A DNA stretch of 64,000 bases. Source: Spirochaetia bacterium (GTDB lineage: Bacteria > Patescibacteriota > Microgenomatia > UBA1400 > MFAQ01). This document shows positions 38,183 through 48,601 of this stretch, in pieces. The stretch is from NCBI GenBank assembly GCA_035477615.1, contig DATIKJ010000051.1, forward strand, positions 1,009 to 65,008. Direction: 5' to 3'. Below the pieces are notes generated by a model. It was not told the origin of the DNA. It did not search any database and was given only the letters and a program-made list of their open reading frames with translations. Position 1 is the stretch's first letter. Each line of letters starts with the position of its first letter. Both the position numbers and the translations under genes were made by a program.

Positions 38183-40576
38183 ATGGCTCAAAAAAGACAC
38201 TTTAATCAATCAAAGAATTTTTTATCATACCTTGGTAATCCCATCTTTAAAATTATTCTGTGGTTTGTTTTAGTTTTAGGTTATCTTTTTGTCTTCTTTT
38301 CAAAGCTTTTTTCTCAACCACTTCCTCATATTTCTTTTCCCAAACTCAAAATTCCTCGATTCGCACTTCCATCATTTTCTTTCCCCAAAGTTCATTTTCC
38401 CAAGATCATTTTTCCTCAACTGCCCTCTCTAAAAATTCAACCTGTACATTTTTCCTTACATTCTCCAAAGTTTAATTTTCCTCAAATAAAACTAGACCCT
38501 CACTCTCTTCGCTCACATCTATTCTTTTCTCTTGGAGTGATTATCTTTGCCTGTTTTGTTTATGTAGAATTTTTCTACGGTCTACCCAGCCCAAAAACAC
38601 TCTCAGATTTCCCTTCCAAACTTACAACTCAAATTCTAGACCGAAATGGCAAGCTCCTTTACAAAATATACAAAGATGAAAATCGAACTTTAGTTACCCT
38701 TGATTCCTTGCCAGATTTTGTCAAAAATGCCTTCCTTGCTGCTGAAGACAAAGATTTTTACCATCACAAAGGTTTTTCTATCACCGGTACTTTTCGGGCT
38801 CTCTACAAAAACATCACTAACAACAAAACCGAAGGTGGTTCCACCATTACCCAACAGCTTGTCAAAAATACTCTCTTAACCAACGAAAAAACCTTAACCA
38901 GAAAAATAAAGGAATTAATTCTCGCTGTTGAAGTTGAGTTCACCTTCGATAAAAACAGAATCTTTGAGATGTATCTCAATCAAGTAGGCTTCGGCGGACC
39001 AGCCTATGGCATTCAAGAGGCCTCCAGACAATACTTCAACGTCGACGCCAAAGATCTTAATCTACCTCAAGCTGCTTTTCTTGCCGGCCTTCCTCAAGCA
39101 CCTAGTAAATACTCACCCTTCGGTGATCAACCCGAGTTAGCCAAACAAAGACAAAAACTCGTTCTTACTCAAATGTTAAAACTAAACATGATCAGTGATG
39201 AAGAATATCAAAAAGCTTCCACTGAAGAACTCATCTTCAACTCGGCTAAGATTGAAATCAATGCACCCCACTTTGTCATGTACATCAAAGACATTCTCAC
39301 CAAAGAACTCGGAGAAAGTATTGTCAGCCAAGGAGGTTTGATTGTTACCACTTCTCTTGATCTTGATCTTCAAGAAAAAGTACAAAACATTGTCACCTCT
39401 GAAATTAACAATCTCAAAAGATTCCAAGTCTCCAATGGATCAGCTTTAGTAACTAATCCCCAAACAGGAGAAATCTTAGCTATGGTTGGATCGAAAGACT
39501 ATTTTAATATCAACGAAGATGGTCAGGTCAATCTCACTCTTGCTCTCCGTCAACCAGGAAGTTCCATCAAACCCTTAAACTACGCTCTAGCTTTTGAAAA
39601 CGGCTATGGTCCGGGTAGTGTTATCGAAGATAAACCAATTTCTTTTAACTTGCCAGGACAAGAACCCTGGACTCCCAAAAACTATGATGGCAAATTTCAC
39701 GGATATGTTACTCTACGTCAAGCATTAGGCAGCTCATACAACATTCCCTCTGTTATTCTTCTTTCTAAAAATGGTGTCCAAAACTTCGCCTCTCTTGCCC
39801 AAAATATGGGTATTACCTCCTGGAACAATCCTCAGCGTTTTGGCCTATCCATGGCACTCGGTAGTCTTGAAGTTAAGATGATCGATCTGGCTACTGCCTA
39901 CTCCGCCTTCGCCAATCAAGGAATTTCTACTCCTCTTGTTTCCATCAAAAAAATCCAAAAATCAAACGGTGATAATATTTTTCTCTCCAACTGTCCCCAA
40001 AAAACAGAAGCCATAAACTCCGATACTTCCGTTATTGCCAAAGAAGATAGTTGTTCTCCTCATCAAATTATTTCTCCAACTACGGCTTATCTTATCTCCG
40101 ATATTCTCTCAGACAACAATGCTAGAGCTCCTGCCTTTGGCACAAACTCAATTCTCAACATAAAAAAAGCAAAAGTATCTGTAAAAACAGGTACCAGCAA
40201 CGATTTAAGAGATAACTGGACTATTGGCTACACCAAAGACTATCTTGTCTCTACTTGGGTTGGTAACAACAACAATGCTCCCATGTCTCGCATCGCTTCT
40301 GGAATCACAGGAGCTTCTCCCATCTGGGCAAAAATTGTCAGTACTCTTCTAGAAAACACTTCTCCGACCACTCAAGTATCAAATCCTCCAAGCGATCTCA
40401 TAAAAGTATCCATCTGTTCTCTTACAGGCACACTTCCTTGTGAAGGCTGTCCCACTCGATATGAATATTTCAAAAAAGGTACCGAACCAAAAACAGCTTG
40501 TGATCCAAACAGAATTAAAGAAATTCTCAATCCCACAACCACTCCCTCAACTTCCCCCTCACCTCAAATATTGTAG
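38183..40576 (+). CDS. Class A penicillin-binding protein
   Basis: EDKDFYHH.G, GGSTITQQ; SSIK, SYN, KTGT; Phe/Pro-rich segment between two N-terminal TMs. Confidence 0.94.
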   Translation: MAQKRHFNQSKNFLSYLGNPIFKIILWFVLVLGYLFVFFSKLFSQPLPHISFPKLKIPRFALPSFSFPKVHFPKIIFPQLPSLKIQPVHFSLHSPKFNFPQIKLDPHSLRSHLFFSLGVIIFACFVYVEFFYGLPSPKTLSDFPSKLTTQILDRNGKLLYKIYKDENRTLVTLDSLPDFVKNAFLAAEDKDFYHHKGFSITGTFRALYKNITNNKTEGGSTITQQLVKNTLLTNEKTLTRKIKELILAVEVEFTFDKNRIFEMYLNQVGFGGPAYGIQEASRQYFNVDAKDLNLPQAAFLAGLPQAPSKYSPFGDQPELAKQRQKLVLTQMLKLNMISDEEYQKASTEELIFNSAKIEINAPHFVMYIKDILTKELGESIVSQGGLIVTTSLDLDLQEKVQNIVTSEINNLKRFQVSNGSALVTNPQTGEILAMVGSKDYFNINEDGQVNLTLALRQPGSSIKPLNYALAFENGYGPGSVIEDKPISFNLPGQEPWTPKNYDGKFHGYVTLRQALGSSYNIPSVILLSKNGVQNFASLAQNMGITSWNNPQRFGLSMALGSLEVKMIDLATAYSAFANQGISTPLVSIKKIQKSNGDNIFLSNCPQKTEAINSDTSVIAKEDSCSPHQIISPTTAYLISDILSDNNARAPAFGTNSILNIKKAKVSVKTGTSNDLRDNWTIGYTKDYLVSTWVGNNNNAPMSRIASGITGASPIWAKIVSTLLENTSPTTQVSNPPSDLIKVSICSLTGTLPCEGCPTRYEYFKKGTEPKTACDPNRIKEILNPTTTPSTSPSPQIL

Positions 40577-40585
40577 AAACAAAAA

Positions 40586-40909
40586 TCACAAAGTAATTTC
40601 TACATAGTTCTTTTTCTCTGGTTTATCCACGTTCTTATTCGTGTTATCCTTGCCTTTCATTTCAATTTCTACCGGTTCACCTCGAAAAATGCTTCCTATT
40701 TTTGGCGCCAGCCAAAATCCCATTGTTACTAGCAAAATAACCAGTAATGTCCAAAAAATTACCTTTCTTTCGGCAACTCTTTCTTCTCTAGACTTACGTT
40801 TTTTCTCCCGCTTTTTCTTAGGAGCTCCTTCACCATCGTTTTCATCATCATCACCGGGAATGTCTAGATCTTCCTCTTCTTTATTTCTTGGCATTTTCTT
40901 TCCAAACAT
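40586..40909 (-). CDS. Single-TM hypothetical protein
   Basis: Charged N-terminus and one TM helix; start uncertain. Confidence 0.65.
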   Translation of the reverse strand: MFGKKMPRNKEEEDLDIPGDDDENDGEGAPKKKREKKRKSREERVAERKVIFWTLLVILLVTMGFWLAPKIGSIFRGEPVEIEMKGKDNTNKNVDKPEKKNYVEITL

Positions 40910-41870
40910 CAGTATTTATTAAACTTGCTGGTTGTCTTCCCTCCAAAGCATCGTTCACATTGTCAACTACAATTCTTGCCATTGCCAATCGAGCCTCAAC
41001 TGTAGCCGATGCAGTATGTGGAGTCAGCACAGTATTAGACAGTTCAAAAAACTCGACAGGTATCTTCGACTCATCTTCAAAAACATCCAAACCTGCTCCA
41101 GCAATCCATCTTTCCTTCAAAGCTTTAATTAACATTTTTTCATCAACTACTGCTCCTCGAGCTGTATTCACCAGTAATGCCGTTTTTTTCATTAGTTTAA
41201 GTTCTCTTTCACCTATCAGATGTCTCGTCTCCTCAGTCAGAGGTACCGACAAACTCACTACATCTGCCTGTTCCAATAGCTGATCCAGTGTGTGATAAAC
41301 CACATCATACTCTTCTTCAAACTCTTCATCTCTATGACGATTAAAATAAATCACTTTCATCCCCAATGCTCCAGCCATTCTAGCCGTCCATCTACCAATT
41401 CTTCCCAAACCTACGATTCCCATTACCTTATCTTTTATTCCAGTACCCAAAAGCAAATCCGGTTCCCACCCTTTATATTTTCCAGACCTAATAAATCTAT
41501 CACCTTCTGCAATTCTTCGAAAAAGAGCCAAAGTCAACGCAATTACTTCCTCGGCCACCGACTCTGTTAATACGCCAGGTGTATTGGTTACACAAATTCC
41601 TCTTTTTGTCGCTTCTTTCACATCAACATTGTCATAACCCACTGCATAATTACTTATTATTTTTAGTGATGATCCAGCAGCATCCATCACTTCAGCATCA
41701 ATTTTTTCCGTTAATGTAGAAATTATTCCCGTTACTCCTTTTACTTCTTTGAGTAAATCTTCTTTACCAATATCTTTCTCGGACCACACTACTACCTGAT
41801 ATTTTTCTTTCAGTTCTTTAAGATATTTATCCAAAAAAACATGTGTCACAAATATTTTCTTTTTCTCCAT
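40881..41870 (-). CDS. D-2-hydroxyacid dehydrogenase (glyoxylate reductase-like)
   Basis: AVGYDN, GLGRIG, NTARG, DVFE, LTPH. Confidence 0.92.
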   Translation of the reverse strand: MEKKKIFVTHVFLDKYLKELKEKYQVVVWSEKDIGKEDLLKEVKGVTGIISTLTEKIDAEVMDAAGSSLKIISNYAVGYDNVDVKEATKRGICVTNTPGVLTESVAEEVIALTLALFRRIAEGDRFIRSGKYKGWEPDLLLGTGIKDKVMGIVGLGRIGRWTARMAGALGMKVIYFNRHRDEEFEEEYDVVYHTLDQLLEQADVVSLSVPLTEETRHLIGERELKLMKKTALLVNTARGAVVDEKMLIKALKERWIAGAGLDVFEDESKIPVEFFELSNTVLTPHTASATVEARLAMARIVVDNVNDALEGRQPASLINTDVWKENAKK

Positions 41871-41877
41871 AACTTAA

Positions 41878-42870
41878 TTAAAGCACACCTAATGTTTCTT
41901 CCACCATTTTAAGTCTTCTCTTCAGCCATTTTTCCATATCCTTTTTGTATAGCAACCCTTCCTTCGCTCCCAATTTACTTACTACAGAACCACCATTTGC
42001 CAACCCCATTTTGAGTGCTTCTATATTACTTTTTCCAGATAATAATCCAGCTACCACACCAGAGACAAAAGCATCTCCCGCTCCGGTATCATCAACCGAT
42101 TTGTTAGGATATGCCTCCATCTTAATCCACCGCCCTTTTTCAGTTACTCCCGCTCCATTTTTTCCATCAGTTATCATTACCAATCTACTTCCCGCCTTTA
42201 TAAATCTTTCCACTAATTTTTCCTCCTCTTCAAAACCACCATTCCAAAACTCTGCCGCTTCCATTCTGTTTAGAATCAACAAATCAAATTTTGGTAACAA
42301 CGCCTCCAATCTCTCTTTATTTGTCAGTTCTTTTTTTCCAGGATTTATTCCAATTTTTATACCATTATCTAAAGCAAAAGCCACTAAATCCTCCAATAAA
42401 TCCATTTCTCCTCCCAAGCTCGATATTTGAATCCAGTCTGCTTTCTTTATCTCCTCCCAATTTATTTCGTTTCTTTCAATTTCTCCGCTTTCTCCCCGAT
42501 AAGTTACAATTGACCTACTTCCATCCAAAGCCACCAACACTGCAGAAATACCTGTTTTACCCTTTGTTCTTTGCATAAATGACATGTCTACATCTTCCTT
42601 AGCCAACTGTCTAATCAACACCTCACTTAAATCATCATCTCCTACTCTACTTACCATTTTTACTGCCTCACCTAATCTATGCAAACCCACCGCAACATTT
42701 GTTCCACCACCTCCGCTTATCAAAACACCATCTTCTGCCTCAGTCTTTCCACCCAAAACTTCACACAATGCCACACCACCTTCAATTTGGTGACTCTTCA
42801 TTACCCGTAAAGATTTCGATTTAAGAAGCACATCAACAACAGCTGCTCCAATTACTATCACTTTCTTCAT
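41878..42870 (-). CDS. PfkB-family carbohydrate kinase
   Basis: GGGGTNVA, DDTGAGDAF. Confidence 0.92.
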   Translation of the reverse strand: MKKVIVIGAAVVDVLLKSKSLRVMKSHQIEGGVALCEVLGGKTEAEDGVLISGGGGTNVAVGLHRLGEAVKMVSRVGDDDLSEVLIRQLAKEDVDMSFMQRTKGKTGISAVLVALDGSRSIVTYRGESGEIERNEINWEEIKKADWIQISSLGGEMDLLEDLVAFALDNGIKIGINPGKKELTNKERLEALLPKFDLLILNRMEAAEFWNGGFEEEEKLVERFIKAGSRLVMITDGKNGAGVTEKGRWIKMEAYPNKSVDDTGAGDAFVSGVVAGLLSGKSNIEALKMGLANGGSVVSKLGAKEGLLYKKDMEKWLKRRLKMVEETLGVL

Positions 42871-42921
42871 ACTTTCATTCTAAACTAAAAATTATCCTGC
42901 TTTGTTATAATTCCTCTTGTT

Positions 42922-43743
42922 ATGCAAAGCTCTGCAATAATCACTGTTTTTGGAGTTCTCTTTATTGTCTTAATCCTTGTCTATCGCATTCAAGCCTTAC
43001 ACACAAAAAAAATCTGGAATCTCTCAATTCAACAAATAATTTTTCTTATTCTTATTCCGGGAATAGTATTCCCTATGATTTTTTCTTATCTTCAGTCCAC
43101 TGTTCGCTTACCCAAAAGTGAGTCTTCCATAATCTCAGACGGCTTTCTCGTAAATACAATTCTCCTTTCGATAATGTACTCATACGGTGGCATCGCAATT
43201 CACGCTGTAACAAAAATGTTCTCAAATTATCTAAAAGAGAAGGATAGTGAAATAGCCCAAGTCAATAAATTCTTTCACCTGACATTCTCACATAATCTCG
43301 TATACTCAGGGATGGCCATCTCCTCTTTGGGTATTACCCTTCTCGAACTAAATCACATACCCAACAATCAACCAGCAAGTATCGGTTGGGGTATCTTTCG
43401 AGGACTAGTTTTAGGATTAAGTTTTGCCATCTTCATCTATTACTACACCAGAGCTTCTTCTTCAAATGAATATCGTGGTAGATGGGGAGACCTCAAAATG
43501 CTTTTTGGAGTGATATGGATTAGTTTTTCTTTACTGTTATACATCGTTCAAAAATTTGATATTGGTTTCTCAGAATATCAGCTACTTCTCCCCATGTTCT
43601 TATCATTTGCTCTCCTTGCTGGTCTAAGTTTGATACTGGTTATCAGAAGACTCAAAAATGGCAGTTTCCGAATAGAACTTACGAATAAAATTAAAAGAAT
43701 TTTTTCAAAAAAATCCTCTCGAACACCCCACTCTTACTTATAA
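42922..43743 (+). CDS. Multi-pass membrane protein
   Basis: About seven TMs, FFHLTFSHN motif. Confidence 0.7.
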   Translation: MQSSAIITVFGVLFIVLILVYRIQALHTKKIWNLSIQQIIFLILIPGIVFPMIFSYLQSTVRLPKSESSIISDGFLVNTILLSIMYSYGGIAIHAVTKMFSNYLKEKDSEIAQVNKFFHLTFSHNLVYSGMAISSLGITLLELNHIPNNQPASIGWGIFRGLVLGLSFAIFIYYYTRASSSNEYRGRWGDLKMLFGVIWISFSLLLYIVQKFDIGFSEYQLLLPMFLSFALLAGLSLILVIRRLKNGSFRIELTNKIKRIFSKKSSRTPHSYL

Positions 43744-44480
43744 ACAATCTCTGCCAATTTCTTCGACACCTCATCTGGGTTTTCATCTTGCCAAACATTT
43801 CTTCCAATCGCAATTCCAGCAGCACCCGCTTTCATCACTCCAGAAATTTCTTCCTCCAAATTTCCCCAGTCCGTTTTTTGTCCACCTTGTGCCAACACTC
43901 CCGTTTTCCCAGCCGCCCGAACAGCCCAAGAAAAACTCTCAGCATCACCTGTATATGGTACTTTCACAAAATCAGCATTCATCTCCAGGGCCAAACGTGC
44001 TCCATAGGCCACTACATCACGGTCATTTTCCCTCCCAGCTACCTTTCTACCCCTTGGATACATCCAAGCAATCACAATCATTCCCCGTTCATGTGCTTCA
44101 TCTTCAATTCGCGAAAACTCTACCATCATCTGTTCCTCATACTGGCTACCAACATAGATGGTGTATCCCACCCCAATCGCCCCCATCTCCGCCGCTTTCT
44201 TAACTGTACATAGTTGTAATGACAAAGGCTCTTCTCCTTGAAAAGAAGTCTTCCCGTTTAGTTTTACAATCAAAGGGATTCCCGACTCTTTGTCATAATA
44301 CCTTGCCGCTACTCCTTCGTGAAAAACTACCCCTGTAAAGTTTCCATTCTTGGCAATCTTCATAATATATGCCGGATCAACCGACTTCTCATCAAAGTCT
44401 ACCGGACCATGCTCAAAGCCCTGATCATATGCCAGTAGCATTACTTTGCCATTTATTTCGATTCTTGAAGTATCAATCAT
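43734..44480 (-). CDS. Class I fructose-bisphosphate aldolase (DhnA/archaeal type)
   Basis: LAYDQGFEHGP, WMYPRG, ADFVKVPY, GRNVWQ. Confidence 0.9.
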   Translation of the reverse strand: MIDTSRIEINGKVMLLAYDQGFEHGPVDFDEKSVDPAYIMKIAKNGNFTGVVFHEGVAARYYDKESGIPLIVKLNGKTSFQGEEPLSLQLCTVKKAAEMGAIGVGYTIYVGSQYEEQMMVEFSRIEDEAHERGMIVIAWMYPRGRKVAGRENDRDVVAYGARLALEMNADFVKVPYTGDAESFSWAVRAAGKTGVLAQGGQKTDWGNLEEEISGVMKAGAAGIAIGRNVWQDENPDEVSKKLAEIVYK

Positions 44481-45429
44481 TTATTATTTTTCTTATAACT
44501 TTAATAACACCATCTTTGTCTAGTCCATATTTTGCCAAAAGTTCTCCGGGGTTTCCACTTTCCCCAAAACAATCTTTCATCCCCATTCGTACCATCTTAG
44601 TCGGGCACTTCTCCCCTAGTACTTCGGCAATAGCCCCGCCCAATCCACCATTAACTTGATGATCTTCCAAAGTAATTACCTTGCCAGTTTTCTTGGCACT
44701 TCTCACAACTGTTTCTTCATCAAGGGGCTTAATTGTGTGTAAATTAATCACTTCTACATCTACCTCATCTTTTAGTTCTTCGGCAGCCAATAGCGCTTCA
44801 TACACCAAACCTCCGCATGCAAAAATTGTTACCTCTTTTCCAGTTCGCAATACTTGCGCTTTGCCCAGCTCAAACGGCGTCGTCGCAGTTGTGAAACAAG
44901 CCGTCTTTGGTCTCGTCAGTCTCATATACACAGGTCCCTCATGAAGACCCATTGCCAGAGTTGCCTTCTTAGCTTGTTCGTAGTCCGCCGGCACGACTAC
45001 CATCAAGTTCGGTAATACTCGTGTCATTGCTATATCCTCCAACGCCTGATGAGTGGCTCCATCAGGACCAACCGTAATTCCTGTATGCCCTCCCACAACT
45101 TTGACATTAGCATTGGTATAACAAACCGACACTCTCAGCTGATCCCAGTTCCTTCCAGGGCTAAACACAGCATAAGAAACAGCAAATGGAACTTTGCCAG
45201 ACAAAGCCAACCCTGCCGACACTCCCATCATATTTTGTTCTGCTACGCCTACCTGCACAAATCTTTCAGGATATATTTTTTCAAACTCATCTACCTTCAT
45301 GCTTTCTCCCAAGTCAGCCGTCACCACCACAACCTCTTTATTATTTTTTCCGAGCCACACCATCGCTTCTCCAAAACCTTCTCTAGTGGCTTTCCGTTCT
45401 ACATTGATTAGATCATTTACTAAATTCAT
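44473..45429 (-). CDS. Transketolase C-terminal subunit
   Basis: GVAEQNM, GPDGATHQ, TIKPLD; start moved to MNLVN. Confidence 0.92.
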   Translation of the reverse strand: MNLVNDLINVERKATREGFGEAMVWLGKNNKEVVVVTADLGESMKVDEFEKIYPERFVQVGVAEQNMMGVSAGLALSGKVPFAVSYAVFSPGRNWDQLRVSVCYTNANVKVVGGHTGITVGPDGATHQALEDIAMTRVLPNLMVVVPADYEQAKKATLAMGLHEGPVYMRLTRPKTACFTTATTPFELGKAQVLRTGKEVTIFACGGLVYEALLAAEELKDEVDVEVINLHTIKPLDEETVVRSAKKTGKVITLEDHQVNGGLGGAIAEVLGEKCPTKMVRMGMKDCFGESGNPGELLAKYGLDKDGVIKVIRKIIND

Positions 45430-45430
45430 T

Positions 45431-46264
45431 TTATTTAAGTTCCCATAATGCTTTTTCTGCCTCTTCACTGTTTGGTGCTTTCCCGTGCCAACGGAAATTT
45501 CCCTCCATAAAACTGACTCCTTTACCGGCAATCGTTTTCATAATAATTGCTTTTGGTTGGTCAGGAAATAATTTTCCTTTTTCAAAGACGTCCAATATTT
45601 CCTCAAAATTATTTCCATTAATCTCAAACACTCTTAGGCCAAAAGAAGTTAACTTGTCTCGTAGAGGTTCAATTGACATTACCTCATGTAAGTTTCCGCT
45701 AATCTGTATCTCGTTTCGATCAATTACAAAGGTCAAGTTCCCCAAACCATACTTGGATGCTGTTTGATATGCTTCCCAAGTCTGACCTTCTTGTTGTTCT
45801 GCGTCCGACGATACACAAATCACTTTCCACTTACTTTTTTGCATTTTTGCCGCCAAAGCCATCCCCACAGCTACACTCACCCCCTGTCCCAAAGGACCTC
45901 CAGTGTTTTCAATCCCTGGTAATTGTTCATCATTGCTTCCAGAATAAACCACGTGCCTTACCGGATGTCCCTGCAATCTTGATCCTAGTTTTCGTAGTGT
46001 CTTCAGCTCTTCAACAGGGAAAAATCCTGCCAAAGCTAAAGTTGCATACTGCACTGGGCCATAATGCCCACACGAAAGTACTACTCGATCTCTGTCTTCC
46101 CAATAAGGTTCGTCTTTTCTGAAATTAACCAGCCCTCCAAAATATAGCGCCGCAAATAAATCTGCCGTTCCCAACGGTCCAGCACTATGACCAGACTCTG
46201 CCTCAGCCAGCATCTTAATTATTTCCACTCGAATCTCTCGGGCTTTTTCCACCAAATCAACCAT
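45431..46264 (-). CDS. Transketolase N-terminal subunit
   Basis: SGH, RDR..LSCGH, LQGHP, GPLGQG, D.EQQEG..WE. Confidence 0.92.
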   Translation of the reverse strand: MVDLVEKAREIRVEIIKMLAEAESGHSAGPLGTADLFAALYFGGLVNFRKDEPYWEDRDRVVLSCGHYGPVQYATLALAGFFPVEELKTLRKLGSRLQGHPVRHVVYSGSNDEQLPGIENTGGPLGQGVSVAVGMALAAKMQKSKWKVICVSSDAEQQEGQTWEAYQTASKYGLGNLTFVIDRNEIQISGNLHEVMSIEPLRDKLTSFGLRVFEINGNNFEEILDVFEKGKLFPDQPKAIIMKTIAGKGVSFMEGNFRWHGKAPNSEEAEKALWELK

Positions 46265-46315
46265 ATATCCATTCTAAACTATATCCATCCAACAGATTAC
46301 CAGGCGTTAGCTTCT

Positions 46316-47014
46316 CTATTTAACAAACAATTTGACAAGCCATCCAAACACACTTCCTAATCTATCTTCAGCACTAATTTTATCCTGCAAACTTACATTT
46401 TGTTCAATTAAAGCATTAATTGTTTCTTGAACCATAGCAATATCTCCTGTATTAGTTAGTTGGTTTTTAAATTCAACCAATTGTTCAATTCTAAGCACAT
46501 TCTGTGCCAATTGAGATTCTAAGTTTTTTAGAGCTTTATAATCCGTACCTATCAAGGCCTTAACAAATCCTCCTCGACTATCAATTTTATTTATTTGATC
46601 ACGTACTTGATCTTGACTCTCTTTTTGCTCTTGAGCCAGTTGTTTTACTTGATCACCAATCCCTCCTTTTAATGTTTTTGCATTCAATATGTCTTCTACG
46701 CCTTTAGCTACCTCACTCATTTTTTCTTGAGCCATCTCACTTCTCATTGTTGCGCTAATAGTACTGTCACCTGCTTCTTCTTTTTCTGCTGTACTCACCA
46801 TAAGTTGAGATTCTTCTCCTGCATTTTGGGTTTTAACTTGATTTTGATTCGCTACACCTGCTCCAGAAGTTGGACTTACTGTGATCTTAGGTGCTACTGC
46901 CCCTGTCCCAGTACCGGTGCCAGCTCCAGTTCCGTCCGACTCGCTTTTTGCCAATACCATCGGAGAAAACATAACCATCATCACCACCATTATCAAACCT
47001 GAAATTTTTTTCAT
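46316..47014 (-). CDS. Secreted coiled-coil protein
   Basis: Signal peptide, GT repeats, helical C-terminus. Confidence 0.7.
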   Translation of the reverse strand: MKKISGLIMVVMMVMFSPMVLAKSESDGTGAGTGTGTGAVAPKITVSPTSGAGVANQNQVKTQNAGEESQLMVSTAEKEEAGDSTISATMRSEMAQEKMSEVAKGVEDILNAKTLKGGIGDQVKQLAQEQKESQDQVRDQINKIDSRGGFVKALIGTDYKALKNLESQLAQNVLRIEQLVEFKNQLTNTGDIAMVQETINALIEQNVSLQDKISAEDRLGSVFGWLVKLFVK

Positions 47015-47041
47015 AGTATTTTTATATTTATACTTATTCTA

Positions 47042-47578
47042 TTACTTAGTATATACACTTCCACGACCTTGTCCATTTCCACGCCTAAAGTTATAAATAT
47101 CGTCACCACTCCTCCACGGCAACACCTTCCCTCTCCCATCATACTGTTGATACAGTCTTCGCATTTGCCCTTGTTTTACCCAAACCTTATCAAAACCTAG
47201 ATAATCAGCCAACCAACCAGAAATTAATACCGCTACGATAAAAACCAAAACAATTAACACAAAATTATTTTTATAGGAAAATTCAAATCTTTTTAGCAAA
47301 ACTATTCCTGTCACTGTCCCCACAATAGCCAATCCAACTGCCCATAAAGGAAAATTATCCAACAACTGCTGATAACGTATCGCCCCCATTAGTCCATGAG
47401 TTCGCAAAGAAAAGCTAATCAAGCTCACCAAAAATACAGACAATACATATGTTCCAATTACCCCCAATACCAAAGCAACCGATCCGACAACAAACATCCA
47501 CTTAGGTCTCATTTTTAATTGACCTCTCTCAATCTTCGACATGACTTCTTTTGTAATATCTATTTTATTTTTTGACAT
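47042..47578 (-). CDS. Putative anti-sigma membrane protein
   Basis: Overlaps the sigma gene end; ITKEVMSKI N-terminal helix and three TMs. Confidence 0.6.
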   Translation of the reverse strand: MSKNKIDITKEVMSKIERGQLKMRPKWMFVVGSVALVLGVIGTYVLSVFLVSLISFSLRTHGLMGAIRYQQLLDNFPLWAVGLAIVGTVTGIVLLKRFEFSYKNNFVLIVLVFIVAVLISGWLADYLGFDKVWVKQGQMRRLYQQYDGRGKVLPWRSGDDIYNFRRGNGQGRGSVYTK

Positions 47579-48105
47579 ATACTTTTCATTAATATTTTGG
47601 CTCTATTTATTCGAGTACCCACTGTCCCTACTGGAAGACGTAGAATATCACTGATCTCTGTATAATTCTTTTCCTCAAGATAATACAGAACGAGTGGCTC
47701 TCTATAAATACCAGGCATTTTATTAAGACAAGAATGTGTATTTTCCATCATTTCTTTTTTAATAAAATCTTCTTCTATATCAACACCGCTATCAAACTCA
47801 ACGTCCTCACCAATAGGAATTTGTTTCCTATTTTTAAGTACTTCATTCATCGCTTCATTGTGAACAATCCGGTATATCCAGCTAGAAAATTTTTTGTTCA
47901 CATTAAAGCCATTTAAGTTAACATACGCTTTGATAAATGCATTTTGTACTACATCGGCAGCATTATGTTCATCCCTCAAAATATTTCCTGCATATCTGAG
48001 CAGTTTGATTTGATATCTCTCCATCAGCTCAGCATAATACTCTTTATTATCTTTTCTTACCAGCTCCACTACTTTTTCATCAGTTAAATTTGTAAGAGTA
48101 TCCAT
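47560..48105 (-). CDS. ECF RNA polymerase sigma factor
   Basis: AADVVQNAFIKAY, FSSWIYRIVHN, region 4 YTEISDIL.LP.GTV.TRI.RA. Confidence 0.93.
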   Translation of the reverse strand: MDTLTNLTDEKVVELVRKDNKEYYAELMERYQIKLLRYAGNILRDEHNAADVVQNAFIKAYVNLNGFNVNKKFSSWIYRIVHNEAMNEVLKNRKQIPIGEDVEFDSGVDIEEDFIKKEMMENTHSCLNKMPGIYREPLVLYYLEEKNYTEISDILRLPVGTVGTRINRAKILMKSICQKIK

Positions 48106-48136
48106 ATAATTACGTTTAGTTTACTCCAAAATCCAA

Positions 48137-48163
48137 ACCGGCACCTTTAATATAGATGCCGGC
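48137..48163 (-). terminator. Probable terminator between the secreted-protein gene and the sigma gene
   Basis: GCCGGCATCT/AGGTGCCGGT hairpin with a weak T tail. Confidence 0.55.
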
Positions 48164-48173
48164 TAAGACTTTG

Positions 48174-48551
48174 TTATTTAGCGTTTCTACCCTTACCCAT
48201 TCCTTGTCCATTTCCCGAACCATTTCGAAGACCCAAACCTAGTTCAGTTCTAATCTTGTTAGCCTCTTCTGTTTTGCCTTGTAAGGCCAACTCGTGAGCT
48301 TCAACAAACTTTCCAAAATTACTTTGGTTTATCACCTGAGCCACTCTTCCATTATTACCCGCTACTAAGTTTTTCCAAGCATTGTAATCTTTATTTTCAA
48401 ATGCTTTAGTCATTGCTTCATGACGTTCTGTTGTATAGTTTGGTCCTTGCACACTAGGGTCACCTCTGTAGGCTTCTGCCATTCTCGGTGTCAATAATGC
48501 TCCGCCCAAAACTAATGCCGAAATTCCTAAAAATACTGTTTTATTAATCAT
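48174..48551 (-). CDS. Small secreted protein with Gly-rich tail
   Basis: SD GGGGGTGA, signal peptide ending in AEA, GLGLRNGSGNGQG tail. Confidence 0.75.
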   Translation of the reverse strand: MINKTVFLGISALVLGGALLTPRMAEAYRGDPSVQGPNYTTERHEAMTKAFENKDYNAWKNLVAGNNGRVAQVINQSNFGKFVEAHELALQGKTEEANKIRTELGLGLRNGSGNGQGMGKGRNAK

Positions 48552-48601
48552 CTCAATCACCCCCTTTCTACCTTTAATACAAGACTGGGACCAATTTTCT
48601 T

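Noticed and set aside
47052-47080. Second ECF promoter GGAAAT-17-TGTATA
   Set aside because: The -35 falls in codons for the GNGQG motif, so the match may be coincidental
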